The position numbers and the translations under genes are program-made. Shown here piece after piece: positions 63,206 to 64,000 of a stretch of 64,000 nucleotides of DNA; positions within the stretch are counted from its first letter, which is position 1; every line of letters starts with the position of its first letter. The DNA comes from Gekko japonicus. Lineage: Eukaryota. The notes beneath the pieces were generated by a model. The model was not told the DNA's origin. It saw nothing but the letters and a program-made list of their open reading frames with translations, and ran no database searches. Location of the stretch: positions 528,933 to 592,932 of the forward strand of contig NW_015175360.1 of NCBI RefSeq assembly GCF_001447785.1, given 5' to 3'.

Positions 63206-63367
63206 CTTGGCCGGTAAGTTTCACTGCCATCTTTGATAGTTGGCAATGTAACTTTTATTGGATGTCCAGAGGCAGACATGGACTTCTGGTGTCGAGGTCG
63301 TGTTGATATTGCACAAGTGACAGCAGAGCCAGCAGAGGAGGTGCTGCTTGCAGACATTTCCGTTAGG
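63206..63367 (-). CDS. MARK1: MARK1 spacer-domain exon
   Basis: aag acceptor, gtattc donor; LTEMSASSTSSAGSAVTCAISTRPRHQKSMSASGHPIKVTLPTIKDGSETYRP. Confidence 0.88.
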
Positions 63368-64000
63368 CTTTATTATCAGAAGGAGGGAATCAAAAGAAAT
63401 ATCTTGAGATTTCAAGATGTTCTGTCCAAGTATTTTCATATAAAACCTTCAAACGTAGAGTAGATTCTTTGCAATTAAATGTTTTCATACACAAACTTGA
63501 AATCCCTTGAAAAATTTTATGATCAGTTTCTTCTAGAACAGTGTTGACTAACAGCTGCTTATAGGCTCTGCTCAAATTCTGGATGCATACTTTTAGGTTA
63601 CATTCTAACCCCAAGTAGAGCATGGGGAAAGTACTTAAACACTGACGATCACTCTCATGGACTTGAGAAAAGAGAAAATGGAGTTAAACGGAAATCTCTA
63701 ACTGCTTTCAGAAACTCAGTGGAAAATAGATGGCAGTCAAAGCAGCGCAAAGGTACAATGGTGCTTAAGTGAAAGAGGATGGTAAAAGATCTCCATCAAC
63801 TGTATGCTGCCCAGTGTTACATCGGATCACCCTGCTACTGATGACATTTTACATGAACCTTCTAGTAATTCCAAGAGGCCAAAGAGGAATTCTAAAGAGA
63901 ACATTTAGATGCAAATATAATCAATGTTCAATCCGATTCGATTTGTTACGATCAAAGATCAGCAAATACCTTAAAATGTTACCTATAGTTAAGAGCAGGC

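Overview
Squamate reptile genomic DNA, probably a gecko (Sauria SINEs, CR1/L2 LINEs, 5S- and tRNA-derived SINEs), from a gapped draft assembly (N-runs at 10150-10565, 13237-13266, 15711-15741, 22807-22848). It covers the conserved vertebrate block MARK1 - C1orf115 - MTARC, all on the minus strand. Present are the last four coding exons of MARK1 (63367-54992), the complete two-exon C1orf115 (46000-32971, 143 aa) and a complete seven-exon mARC2-type gene (14854-1623, about 329 aa) whose exon 2 is disturbed by a duplication and a gap. An intronless profilin-3-like gene sits on the + strand (22664-23070) between MTARC and C1orf115, not where human PFN3 lies, about 580 bp downstream of a deleted Mag-like Ty3/Gypsy LTR element. 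Other elements are hAT MITEs with 8-bp TSDs, a nested hAT with a transposase remnant, two tail-to-tail Helitron-like elements, Penelope-type repeats carrying decayed minimal hammerhead ribozyme cores, and several local duplications or templated insertions. I found no convincing wholly new biological system. The best leads are the displaced PFN3-like gene with its LTR neighbour, the hammerhead relics and the MTARC exon-2 rearrangement.
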